From a virus (Duplodnaviria > Caudoviricetes): 63,974 nt of DNA. Below are positions 39,350 to 47,317 of the stretch, piece after piece. A model generated the notes under the pieces. The model was not told the origin of the DNA. It searched no databases and was given only the letters and a program-made list of their open reading frames with translations. Made by a program: the position numbers and the translations under genes. The stretch covers positions 1-63,974 of the IMG/VR virus record IMGVR_UViG_3300029319_000033; one strand, 5' to 3'. How positions within the stretch are numbered: position 1 is the first letter of the stretch; each line of letters opens with the position of its first letter.

Positions 39350-39790
39350 TTATCTATCTTTATCTTTTATCATATCATCTAAAGCTTTATTCATAACCTT
39401 ATCTGTGTATGATTTATTTTTATAAAAAACATTTCTTTCTGTAAATGGTGGATCTTCCTCACCTAATAATATTCTATATATCCTACTAATTACTTGACTG
39501 CATTTAAAAGATGTTTTAAAGATACTATATTTTATAGTTGTTCTATTACGATGTCTCCAAACTTCTATCCACCCTTCTCTTTTCAACCTCTCCCACCTAT
39601 GTTTATCCCAAGAGTATGTATATACTCCTTCAATAAATTCATTTCTTGTAAATCTACCTTTACAATCTAAGTATATTAATAATTCTAAGTCAGCATCATT
39701 TAATCCATAAGTTTTACAGACCCACTTACGTGTGAGCCTGTAATACTTAAGGATGTTAAGATCACGAAGATCTTGTGCTGTTAATCTCAT
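39350..39790 (-). CDS. Winged-helix-like protein, 146 aa
   Basis: YGLNDADLELLIYL..RLKREGWIEV, a MarR-like pattern. Confidence 0.5.
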   Translation of the reverse strand: MRLTAQDLRDLNILKYYRLTRKWVCKTYGLNDADLELLIYLDCKGRFTRNEFIEGVYTYSWDKHRWERLKREGWIEVWRHRNRTTIKYSIFKTSFKCSQVISRIYRILLGEEDPPFTERNVFYKNKSYTDKVMNKALDDMIKDKDR

Positions 39791-39793
39791 TTA

Positions 39794-40201
39794 TTAACTA
39801 AGAGCAGCTGCAATTGATATAGCTCCACAAGATGTAATATCTCCTGAAACATATACTGCTGCTTTTGTTGTTCCTAAAAAGTCAGTTGTAGCATCATCTG
39901 CCACTGTAATAAAACCATCGCTATGAGGTCCACCATTAATTGCACTGACTATATCTTGCATAACTTCAGTTGCTTTACCTTGATTAATATTTAATACAAT
40001 ACTATCATTATTCACAACATTTCCATCTTGGGCATCACTACCATTCCTGATTTGAGGTTGAAAAAATAAAGTTAAAGCTGTATCACTTGTAGGGTGCACT
40101 CCTTTAAATGAACTTACTGGATATAAAGCTGATCTTGCAGAATCATCATCATCATCTTCATCTGCTTCTGTACGAAAATATAAGTATTTTTCTTGTAACA
40201 T
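39794..40201 (-). CDS. Acidic hypothetical protein, probably virion-associated, 135 aa
   Basis: Clean ORF with A-rich leader. Confidence 0.55.
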   Translation of the reverse strand: MLQEKYLYFRTEADEDDDDDSARSALYPVSSFKGVHPTSDTALTLFFQPQIRNGSDAQDGNVVNNDSIVLNINQGKATEVMQDIVSAINGGPHSDGFITVADDATTDFLGTTKAAVYVSGDITSCGAISIAAALS

Positions 40202-40299
40202 AATTATTATTTGTTTTGAGTTTTAAAATTAATTTACCGTTTGTGGTTATAGGATTGTGGATTTAGGTTTCTGGTTTATTCTATATTAATAGAATATCT

Positions 40300-40557
40300 T
40301 TATTCAACAAGAACTACATCTTGTGATTTAATAATTTTATAAAGGGTGTCTTCATAGCTGATACCATGTCCTGCATGCTTGTCATAGTATACTATGTCTT
40401 TATCTTTGACACCCTCGACCTTACTGCCGCAGCTGATAACCCTTGCTCTAATGTAACGATTATCTAGGTCTGTCTTTTCTGTGAAAATAAGTCCAGCAAT
40501 CTTTTTCTGTTCTTCTTTGATATCACTTACTATCAAATAAAAATTAATTGCCTTCAT
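40300..40557 (-). CDS. groES: Co-chaperonin GroES (cpn10), 85 aa
   Basis: GLIF..ARVISCGSKVEGVKDKDIVYYDKHAG..IIKSQDVV; overlaps the groEL stop. Confidence 0.85.
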   Translation of the reverse strand: MKAINFYLIVSDIKEEQKKIAGLIFTEKTDLDNRYIRARVISCGSKVEGVKDKDIVYYDKHAGHGISYEDTLYKIIKSQDVVLVE

Positions 40558-42109
40558 TAGTCCTCATATTAGATATTACACAATCTGCAGATATAATGGT
40601 GGATACCACACTCACTGCATTTTTTAAAGCTGTTTTAGTTACAAGGACAGGATCTATAATTCCACCCTTGATCATATTTACATGCTCACCAGATACTACA
40701 TCAAATCCCCAGCCTTCCCTTAAAGGCTCAACTGAATCTTCAATGCTTGCATTTTCTAATATAGTTTGATATGGTGCACGAATAGCACTTAACAAAATAT
40801 TTTCACAGTCGTTAGAAGGGAGTATTTTTTGTGAAGCATTTAACAGTGCAATACCTCCACCAGAAATAATACCTTCTTTTAATGCTGCTTTAACAGCGTA
40901 TATTGCATCTTCAATGCGATCTTTCTTTTCTTTTAGTTCAACTTTAGAATCAGCACCTACTTTTACAATACCGACAGAACCAGATAACATACTAAGTCTA
41001 TCTTGTAATTTTCTTTTTAAGAAAGGATTTTTTTCTTTTTCTATTTTTTTATTAATTTCATCAACCCTTTCTGTAGTATCTTCTTTTAACTCTTTAATGG
41101 TTAATACTGTGTTTTTGTTGTCTGTTACAGACATTAAAACTTCACCTAAATGTTCAGGCTGTATTAAATCTAAATCATCACCAAGTTCTTCACTTATAAC
41201 TTTAGCTCCTGTTAAAAAAGCTAAATCTTCTATAGTATCATTTTTATAAGGTCCAAATCCGGGAGTATCAATAATATTAACATTAATGTTTCCCTTCACC
41301 TTATTCATCATTAAAGCTGTTTGTACTTGTTGTGCAACTGGTGCTACAATAAGTAAAGCTCTTTTATTTTTTATAACATGTTCTAGTATAGATTGTATCT
41401 TCCTAATACTTGTTATCTCTGAAGATACTATTAATACTAGTGGGTTTTCTAAAACTGCAGTCTCTCTATCTTTGTCTGTAACAAAGTAAGATGATTTTAA
41501 AGCACAATCTATTTGTACACCATCAACTGTTTCTACATAAGTTTCATTAGTTTCTGACTCCTCCATTAATACCACCCCATTCTTACCTACGATGTTGTAA
41601 GCCTCTGCTATCGTTTTACCAAGAGTGGTGTCGTTATTACAAGATATGGAGGCTACACTATCCAGCATGTCTCCTTTTACTTGTATGCTTTTTTTATCAA
41701 GGTAATCATTAACCTTTTTAAGTGCTGAATCTATACCTTGTTTTATTTGTCTTACAGTCTTAACTGTTTTAGCACAGTTAGCTTCTTTTATAAGGGATTC
41801 GGCAAGTACGATAGCTGTTGTAGTACCGTCACCTGCCTCCCTCACTGTATTTCTAGAAGCCTCTTTTATAAGAGTTGCTCCTATGTTCTCCACTGGATCA
41901 AACAAGACAACCGATTCCGCTACGGTTACTCCGTCTTTTGTGATCACTGGTTTTCCTCTAGCATCTTCATAAATTACACATTTACCAGATGCACCTAGAG
42001 TAGATTTAACTGCTTTAGCAAGTTTATCTACCCCAGCTGATATTCTGCCATTAGCTGAATCACCAAAGTTTAAATCTTTGACAATCTCACTAGGTTGATT
42101 GTATTCCAT
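40544..42109 (-). CDS. groEL: Chaperonin GroEL (cpn60), 521 aa
   Basis: ITKDGVTVA, AGDGTTTA, EGIISGGGIAL, GIIDPVLVTKTALKNAVS. Confidence 0.97.
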   Translation of the reverse strand: MEYNQPSEIVKDLNFGDSANGRISAGVDKLAKAVKSTLGASGKCVIYEDARGKPVITKDGVTVAESVVLFDPVENIGATLIKEASRNTVREAGDGTTTAIVLAESLIKEANCAKTVKTVRQIKQGIDSALKKVNDYLDKKSIQVKGDMLDSVASISCNNDTTLGKTIAEAYNIVGKNGVVLMEESETNETYVETVDGVQIDCALKSSYFVTDKDRETAVLENPLVLIVSSEITSIRKIQSILEHVIKNKRALLIVAPVAQQVQTALMMNKVKGNINVNIIDTPGFGPYKNDTIEDLAFLTGAKVISEELGDDLDLIQPEHLGEVLMSVTDNKNTVLTIKELKEDTTERVDEINKKIEKEKNPFLKRKLQDRLSMLSGSVGIVKVGADSKVELKEKKDRIEDAIYAVKAALKEGIISGGGIALLNASQKILPSNDCENILLSAIRAPYQTILENASIEDSVEPLREGWGFDVVSGEHVNMIKGGIIDPVLVTKTALKNAVSVVSTIISADCVISNMRTNEGN

Positions 42110-42144
42110 TAAATTAAATTAAATTAAATTGATTATATATATTA

Positions 42145-42273
42145 TTATTGAAATTTAGAAGATTTAGACATTTTGTTTTTACTGCCTGTTTTCTTCTTTT
42201 TCATTAAAGTCATAGGTGATTTTTTCTTTTTCATCATCATCACTGGTGACTTCTTTTTTTTCATTCCGGGCAT
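42145..42273 (-). CDS. 42-aa Met/Lys-rich basic micro-protein (not in ORF track)
   Basis: Hand translation: MPGMKKKKSPVMMMKKKKSPMTLMKKKKTGSKNKMSKSSKFQ. Confidence 0.6.
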   Translation of the reverse strand: MPGMKKKKSPVMMMKKKKSPMTLMKKKKTGSKNKMSKSSKFQ

Positions 42274-42292
42274 AACTTTAATATTTAAATAT

Positions 42293-42583
42293 TTAAAATG
42301 TTTTTACAACTTTAGGACCTTTTAAAGCCTCAAGTTTCTTGTTGTAATGTTCGATACTACCATCGATAGCTGCTTCTGCACCATCTAAGGTCTCTCTCCT
42401 TGTAACGTCATACCAAACATCTTCATTTTCGATGTCTCGGTGCTCGGTTTGATAAAATCCATTAGGTAATTGTGTGATTCTCCAGTTGCTTTTTAGGGCA
42501 ACATGCTTGAGTTTCTCAATTATTTCTGGATTTACTTGTGTTTGGTTGTTCACTGTGTTTGAACGGTAATAAAAATATGTCAT
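42293..42583 (-). CDS. Conserved hypothetical protein (likely start MTYFYY at 42583)
   Basis: WRITQLPNGFYQTE..DVTRRETLDGAEAAIDGS; A-rich leader before this ATG. Confidence 0.6.
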   Translation of the reverse strand: MTYFYYRSNTVNNQTQVNPEIIEKLKHVALKSNWRITQLPNGFYQTEHRDIENEDVWYDVTRRETLDGAEAAIDGSIEHYNKKLEALKGPKVVKTF

Positions 42584-42607
42584 GGTTTTTAAATTTACAT
42601 GGTTAAA

Positions 42608-42621
42608 CCGCAATATTGCGG
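42608..42621. promoter_or_regulatory. 14-bp perfect palindrome CCGCAATATTGCGG
   Basis: GC-rich palindrome in an AT-rich leader upstream of the groEL operon. Confidence 0.4.
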
Positions 42622-42747
42622 GTATCTTTAGGTTTTTTACCTTATTTTTTCTTATATAAACACTTTTTTATGGTGTAAGCTACCACTGTTAGTGATATTA
42701 ACACTAAATTAATTAAAACTATAAAAAAAGTAGCCTCATTATCCACT

Positions 42748-43002
42748 TTATTTGTAGTATTTATGCTGATAACTACTTTTACCCTCTTTTTTTGTTCCTT
42801 CGCCCTCGTTTCCTCTGTTAGATCTAACAGAAACAAACTTTCCTCGCTTATGATCAAAGTCTTTACCTGCAGCATCACTAGGATTTGCCCTAGCCTCACG
42901 TTGAGCATGTGCTTTTTTAGCTCTTCTTTCAGGAGATTTAGCAAAAGCCAAGTCTCTAGCAGCCTTATCTCTACGTGCTTGTGCAGATAGTCGTTGTTTC
43001 AT
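42748..43002 (-). CDS. Basic protein with degenerate HNH-like motif, first late gene, 84 aa
   Basis: GKDFDHK..SVRSNRGN. Confidence 0.55.
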   Translation of the reverse strand: MKQRLSAQARRDKAARDLAFAKSPERRAKKAHAQREARANPSDAAGKDFDHKRGKFVSVRSNRGNEGEGTKKEGKSSYQHKYYK

Positions 43003-43010
43003 ATTAATAC

Positions 43011-43036
43011 TATTACATGTAAAAAATATTTTTTAA
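43011..43036 (-). promoter_or_regulatory. Putative late promoter TTAAAAAA-N12-GTAATA
   Basis: Directly upstream of the first minus-strand gene; same spacing as the two other copies. Confidence 0.55.
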
Positions 43037-43039
43037 AAT

Positions 43040-43090
43040 AGTGTAACAATAGGGTGTTATTCTTTATATCTTATACCCTAAAGTTACACT
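43040..43090. promoter_or_regulatory. 51-bp imperfect palindromic operator/origin element, copy A
   Basis: AGTGTAAC..TAGGGT / ACCCTA..GTTACACT arms; reverse complement is 43/51 identical to 52429-52479. Confidence 0.75.
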
Positions 43091-43285
43091 TTTTGTGTAA
43101 TGTTAGATATGTGGGGATTTTGGGTTGCAAATACTGTGCCAACTTTTGTTGCAAAACAAAAACCAAATTTTTTTCACCCAGTCCCCCACCTTTTTTATTA
43201 AAATTTTCGCAATTTTTTAGTTTTTTTATGGGATATATCACAATATTTTTACCTTTTTTTTAACATTTTTTTAATACTATCTGAC

Positions 43286-43375
43286 TGTGTATTTGCCTAT
43301 GCGATTATGCGGTTTAAGCGTTGGGGTGTGGGGGGGCGTGTATAGCATTTGCGTAATCGGGTAAGCGAATATGCA
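43286..43375 (+). ncRNA. Candidate structured RNA or ssDNA hairpin
   Basis: 27-position stem with 18 Watson-Crick and 7 G.U pairs around a G-rich loop, in non-coding DNA. Confidence 0.45.
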
Positions 43376-43409
43376 ACTCCCCAAACTCTGTTAGTATATT
43401 CGTGTAGCC

Positions 43410-43447
43410 AACTCACCGGTTAAATAATTTTTTGTATAGATAATATA
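43410..43447 (+). promoter_or_regulatory. Early promoter motif, copy 1
   Basis: AACTCACCNNTTAAATAATTT-N7-AGATAATATA; 29/38 positions invariant across three copies. Confidence 0.75.
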
Positions 43448-43494
43448 GGTGTAACAAATAAAAAAAATAAATAAATTTTAAAACTAAACTAACT

Positions 43495-43532
43495 AACTCA
43501 CCCATTAAATAATTTTATAATCAGATAATATA
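43495..43532 (+). promoter_or_regulatory. Early promoter motif, copy 2
   Basis: Same motif, 15 nt upstream of ATG 43548. Confidence 0.75.
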
Positions 43533-43547
43533 TATAAATAAAAAGAT

Positions 43548-43676
43548 ATGGAAAACTTAAGAGAATTATTTGAAAGCATGAACCCAAACTCAATCTTAGC
43601 TATGGAAAAAGCATGTGAAATAATAATTAAAAAAAGACAAGCAAAGCATAAGATACAGGATAAGACCCCTAACTAA
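43548..43676 (+). CDS. Early micro-protein, 42 aa (not in ORF track)
   Basis: MENLRELFESMNPNS...; N-terminus shared with 45026-45208. Confidence 0.55.
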   Translation: MENLRELFESMNPNSILAMEKACEIIIKKRQAKHKIQDKTPN

Positions 43677-43708
43677 TTTTAAACAACAAAACAAAACGTA
43701 CACTTTTA

Positions 43709-43746
43709 AACTCACCTATTAAATAATTTATAATAAAGATAATATA
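43709..43746 (+). promoter_or_regulatory. Early promoter motif, copy 3
   Basis: Same motif, 21 nt upstream of ATG 43768. Confidence 0.75.
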
Positions 43747-43767
43747 ATTAAACAAACAGATAATAAA

Positions 43768-44007
43768 ATGAAAAGATTCGACAGACATACCAACACATTA
43801 CAAAGAGACGGTGACGATATCATATCATATCGCACAAGGGTTGCAACCATCATAGGCGATGAACTCCACGTTCATGGCAAGTATTCACCGACCACATCGA
43901 GACATATCAACTATGTTGCAGATGAATTGAACTTAACTAAGGTTAAATCTAGCGAATACACCGAGTCACCTAATTTTTACAAACTTGATAACTGGAAACA
44001 AATATGA
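43768..44007 (+). CDS. Early hypothetical protein, 79 aa
   Basis: ISYRTRVA..YSPTTSRHIN; A-rich leader. Confidence 0.65.
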   Translation: MKRFDRHTNTLQRDGDDIISYRTRVATIIGDELHVHGKYSPTTSRHINYVADELNLTKVKSSEYTESPNFYKLDNWKQI

Positions 44008-44174
44008 TATATATACACGAAGAGAATATCCCAATAAATGTAAAAAAATCGAAGTATATGAATGAGCAAGAATATATCGAAGAAGTATTATTATGCAACT
44101 ACCCTCACCTATCGATACAAGAAATCCAAGAGATGGATGAAGATGAGAAAAGAATGCTAATGGGGTGGGACTAA
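44004..44174 (+). CDS. Early hypothetical protein, 56 aa
   Basis: ATGA-coupled to the upstream gene; hand translated. Confidence 0.45.
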   Translation: MIYIHEENIPINVKKSKYMNEQEYIEEVLLCNYPHLSIQEIQEMDEDEKRMLMGWD

Positions 44175-44203
44175 ATAAAACAATAACAACTAAATAAACA
44201 AAC

Positions 44204-44527
44204 ATGAAAACAAGAACATACATAACAGAATTTGAAGACAATATGGCATGGGGCAAAGCCCCCTTCTATAAGAACCTCGCGAAAGGTGAAACAATGATGA
44301 TGAACAACACACCAATATTTAAAGAAGAATATAATCTAATGATAAGTAAAAGAGACTTCGGTTTGTTTGCGATGGGATTAAAACCGCATAGATATTGGAG
44401 TTTTAACGAGACTAAAAAATACTATGGTCTCAAAGGTAACAAAACAAAAGTAGCTGAAGATATCAAACAACTTTGTGAGGATTGGAAAGAATTTAAAAAG
44501 AAACATGTATCTTACTCGGAAGGGTAA
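44204..44527 (+). CDS. Early hypothetical protein, 107 aa
   Basis: Clean ORF with A-rich leader. Confidence 0.65.
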   Translation: MKTRTYITEFEDNMAWGKAPFYKNLAKGETMMMNNTPIFKEEYNLMISKRDFGLFAMGLKPHRYWSFNETKKYYGLKGNKTKVAEDIKQLCEDWKEFKKKHVSYSEG

Positions 44528-44553
44528 GATACTACAAACAAAACGACAAAATT

Positions 44554-44676
44554 ATGAAAAAAGTAAGATGTAATAATTGTATGAAAATATATACAGAAGA
44601 TACAGAAAACTATGAATATATTTATAAATGTATTAAGTGTAATACAGAAGAATATTTAATGGATATTAACAACTAA
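44554..44676 (+). CDS. Zinc-ribbon micro-protein, 40 aa
   Basis: CNNC..CIKC; hand translated. Confidence 0.55.
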   Translation: MKKVRCNNCMKIYTEDTENYEYIYKCIKCNTEEYLMDINN

Positions 44677-44686
44677 ACAAATAAAC

Positions 44687-44875
44687 ATGGAAACAATGAC
44701 AATTAGAGAACACGCAAAAAGATTCTGTTACGTTGTAATTAAGTGGCAAATCAATGGAAGAGAATGGACTACTCATGGACAATTTACTAGCAGAGATAAT
44801 GCTGAAAAATTTATTAAGGAAGAAAATATAAGTCAACTATCGCCTAACGTAACTTATGAAATAGTAGATATATGA
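44687..44875 (+). CDS. Early hypothetical protein, 62 aa
   Basis: ORF with A-rich leader. Confidence 0.6.
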   Translation: METMTIREHAKRFCYVVIKWQINGREWTTHGQFTSRDNAEKFIKEENISQLSPNVTYEIVDI

Positions 44876-44988
44876 GATATAGAGAAATAGATGACATGTA
44901 TTATGTTGGGGACATGGTAGATGTAGACGGAAACGGATGGGTAGATAAAGAAACTTTTAAACTTATCTGTTTGGAATTGATTAAATAA
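44872..44988 (+). CDS. Micro-protein with EF-hand-like loop, 38 aa
   Basis: DVDGNGWVDKETF; ATGA overlap with the upstream gene. Confidence 0.45.
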   Translation: MRYREIDDMYYVGDMVDVDGNGWVDKETFKLICLELIK

Positions 44989-45025
44989 ATTATTATATTA
45001 CATAACACCAAAAACAAATACCATT

Positions 45026-45208
45026 ATGAAAGACCTTAAAGAACTATTCACTAGCATGAATCCGACTCCCTCGGATATCTTCCCAGAAGATACAAGGTGC
45101 TATACATGTAACAACTTTATCACAGATCTTGACCGACAAATTGCAAACGGTAACACAGATCAATGCACAGAATGTTTTATTGAAGAACTAATTGAATCAA
45201 AGAGATGA
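45026..45208 (+). CDS. Zinc-finger protein, 60 aa
   Basis: CYTC..CTEC. Confidence 0.6.
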   Translation: MKDLKELFTSMNPTPSDIFPEDTRCYTCNNFITDLDRQIANGNTDQCTECFIEELIESKR

Positions 45209-45310
45209 AAAGAACAACAGTAAGAGAAATATGTCAATACTACGGTCAGCACTATGACAATGTAAAACACATGAAAGAATTTATTAAACAACTTAAAAAA
45301 CGATACAAAG

Positions 45311-45595
45311 ATGAACAGTAAATATAACAAACTAATTGACCTATTAAAGTACCATGATTGGACATACGAATATTCAGATGACAACCGAGCGTATGAGTGG
45401 GGGTACAATAACAAAATAGAAATTGATAGGGAACTTGAAAGACTAGGTAGGGATGATCAAAGCCTCAAGATATACGAGGATGCTAAACCCGACTATCTTA
45501 AGACTAGTGAGTTCATTGATAGTGGTAGTCAACACCTACCAATGTCAAGTGAGGATAATGATTGGGATAATAAATTTGAATGGAAAATTAAATAA
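45311..45595 (+). CDS. Early hypothetical protein, 94 aa
   Basis: HDWTYEYSDDNRAY motif. Confidence 0.65.
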   Translation: MNSKYNKLIDLLKYHDWTYEYSDDNRAYEWGYNNKIEIDRELERLGRDDQSLKIYEDAKPDYLKTSEFIDSGSQHLPMSSEDNDWDNKFEWKIK

Positions 45596-45601
45596 TAAAC
45601 T

Positions 45602-45766
45602 ATGAATTGGCTTTGGGATGATCAAAAGAAAAAATCAAATATGGTTATAACTTACGAAGGTAAAATTGTACAATTTATAACTCCAATACATTGTTATGAA
45701 GTAATTGGAGTACAAACCAAATCTGAAGATAAACAAAATGCACAAATAAAATTTATATATGAATAA
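45602..45766 (+). CDS. Early micro-protein, 54 aa, paralog of 47335-47505
   Basis: KKSNMVIT..YEVIGVQT..IKF. Confidence 0.6.
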   Translation: MNWLWDDQKKKSNMVITYEGKIVQFITPIHCYEVIGVQTKSEDKQNAQIKFIYE

Positions 45767-46004
45767 TAAAACTATGACAATATACGATATAAAAAGAATG
45801 AGTGAGGACAAGGCTCCTTACTTCTTCGAGCGAAAGACATTAAAGTTTTTCAACCAAACATTAAAAGACTTTTCAGTCAAGAAACTAAATGAAGAAAGGT
45901 ACTATATTTCTGCACCCATGAGGGACTCGAGAGGTCACCAAGTGGGGGTAACTAAAAGAGTATTTGATGTAAGGACTAGAGAACTATTAAACACAGAACT
46001 ATGA
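45759..46004 (+). CDS. Early hypothetical protein, 81 aa
   Basis: YFFERKTLKFFNQ motif. Confidence 0.6.
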   Translation: MNNKTMTIYDIKRMSEDKAPYFFERKTLKFFNQTLKDFSVKKLNEERYYISAPMRDSRGHQVGVTKRVFDVRTRELLNTEL

Positions 46005-46297
46005 TAGATAAGATATATGTAATAGCGACTACTTGGCGTGGTATTATTCAAGCAGATATGGAACATTTCTATACATCTGATGAAGCATTGGAAAGAATAA
46101 GTGAAATAGCAATTGAAAATGGTTTCACAAAACCAGACCCTGAAGATGACCCCAAAAGATATTTGTATGATTATAACGATTATTTAATTGAAAATGATAT
46201 TTGTCCTAAAATTGATGTATCATTACACACAATTAATTTAGGAGAGGAGTTATCCATGGATAGAACTTACTACCAACAAAGTTACAAAAGTATATGA
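46001..46297 (+). CDS. Hypothetical protein, 98 aa
   Basis: Translationally coupled ORF. Confidence 0.55.
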   Translation: MIDKIYVIATTWRGIIQADMEHFYTSDEALERISEIAIENGFTKPDPEDDPKRYLYDYNDYLIENDICPKIDVSLHTINLGEELSMDRTYYQQSYKSI

Positions 46298-46527
46298 GTG
46301 ATATTAGAGAAATATTATGGGACAAGCAAACCCAAATCAAAGACATAAAAAGTCAAATAAAATACAACAATGAACATAACAAACGACTGATGAAAAAGTG
46401 GGAGGAACATTACAATAGCATGACTAACTATATGATAGGTAATGAAGAGTATGTTCTAAGCAAGATAGATTTTAGTTATATTCTTGAAATCATGAAAAAT
46501 AATAGACCATGTCCAAAGATAGATTAG
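46294..46527 (+). CDS. Hypothetical protein, 77 aa
   Basis: Translationally coupled ORF. Confidence 0.5.
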   Translation: MSDIREILWDKQTQIKDIKSQIKYNNEHNKRLMKKWEEHYNSMTNYMIGNEEYVLSKIDFSYILEIMKNNRPCPKID

Positions 46528-46653
46528 TAGTAAATAAGATAGGGTCATTAGTTCATGTAATCTTTGAGGATAACTTTCCAAGATATAGACTACTTGTAAA
46601 AGGAGTAAAGACTAACAAAAGTCTAGTAAACAAAGAAATAAGATGGTGGTACT

Positions 46654-47046
46654 ATGGGTAAGTCAATAACTATAATATGTGTAGGTCTTTTATTGATCTA
46701 CTACATCATCTCAAGTAGAGATACAAGAGTAACAAGAGTTATAGATGGTGATACATTTATAACAAACAAAGGGGACAGGGTGCGACTCATTGGAGTTGAT
46801 GCACCCGAACTCCCAAGTTTAAGAGGTATTGAATCTAAGATGTATCTACACCAATTAATAGATAACAAGGTGGTGATACTTGAAAGAGATGGGATATCAG
46901 ACAACAAGGACAAGTATGGTAGATTACTCAGGTATGTGTATTTAAACAAAAAAGATGTTAACTTACAGATGTTAAAGAGTGGATATGCAAAACCATACTT
47001 ATATTTTAATTTTGAAAAACTAAACCAATATAAATACTATGATTAA
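46654..47046 (+). CDS. Thermonuclease (SNase family) with N-terminal membrane/signal segment, 130 aa
   Basis: RVIDGDT, VRLIGVDAPE, DKYGRLLRYV, GYA. Confidence 0.92.
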   Translation: MGKSITIICVGLLLIYYIISSRDTRVTRVIDGDTFITNKGDRVRLIGVDAPELPSLRGIESKMYLHQLIDNKVVILERDGISDNKDKYGRLLRYVYLNKKDVNLQMLKSGYAKPYLYFNFEKLNQYKYYD

Positions 47047-47317
47047 AAATTTACTAATCGGGGCGATGCTATACACGTCCCCGAGCGATTCAGACAAAAT
47101 AACAAATTACGAATATAAAATAAATGAAATGATATTAACAATCGAAGACTTGCATGAGTGGATCCGCAATGACGTTGACAACGGATCTTTAGATCCAAGA
47201 CTTGGAGAGATCTACCAAGAGAACTACGAGCGACTGATCAAAGATCTCAACGAACTCAAAGTAGTGCAGTACCCTTCGGACTTCATTCCATTGAGAGCAA
47301 AAGCATTAAGTAAATAA
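47039..47317 (+). CDS. Hypothetical protein, 92 aa
   Basis: Overlaps the SNase stop. Confidence 0.55.
   Translation: MIKNLLIGAMLYTSPSDSDKITNYEYKINEMILTIEDLHEWIRNDVDNGSLDPRLGEIYQENYERLIKDLNELKVVQYPSDFIPLRAKALSK

Noticed and set aside
2566-42990. Many + strand ORFs in the track (e.g. 5638-6051, 11357-11785, 23379-23663, 38655-39347)
   Set aside because: They are antisense shadows of long minus-strand genes, with Ser/Leu/Phe-rich composition and no plausible leaders.
42642-43263. ORFs 42642-42944 (-) and 43054-43263 (+)
   Set aside because: The first overlaps the better-supported 42748-43002 gene. The second is low-complexity, Phe-rich sequence across the regulatory region.
43410-43746. CRISPR mini-array
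   Set aside because: Spacing is irregular (85 and 214 nt), the repeats have internal variable positions, an ORF lies between copies, and there are no cas genes. A promoter reading fits better.
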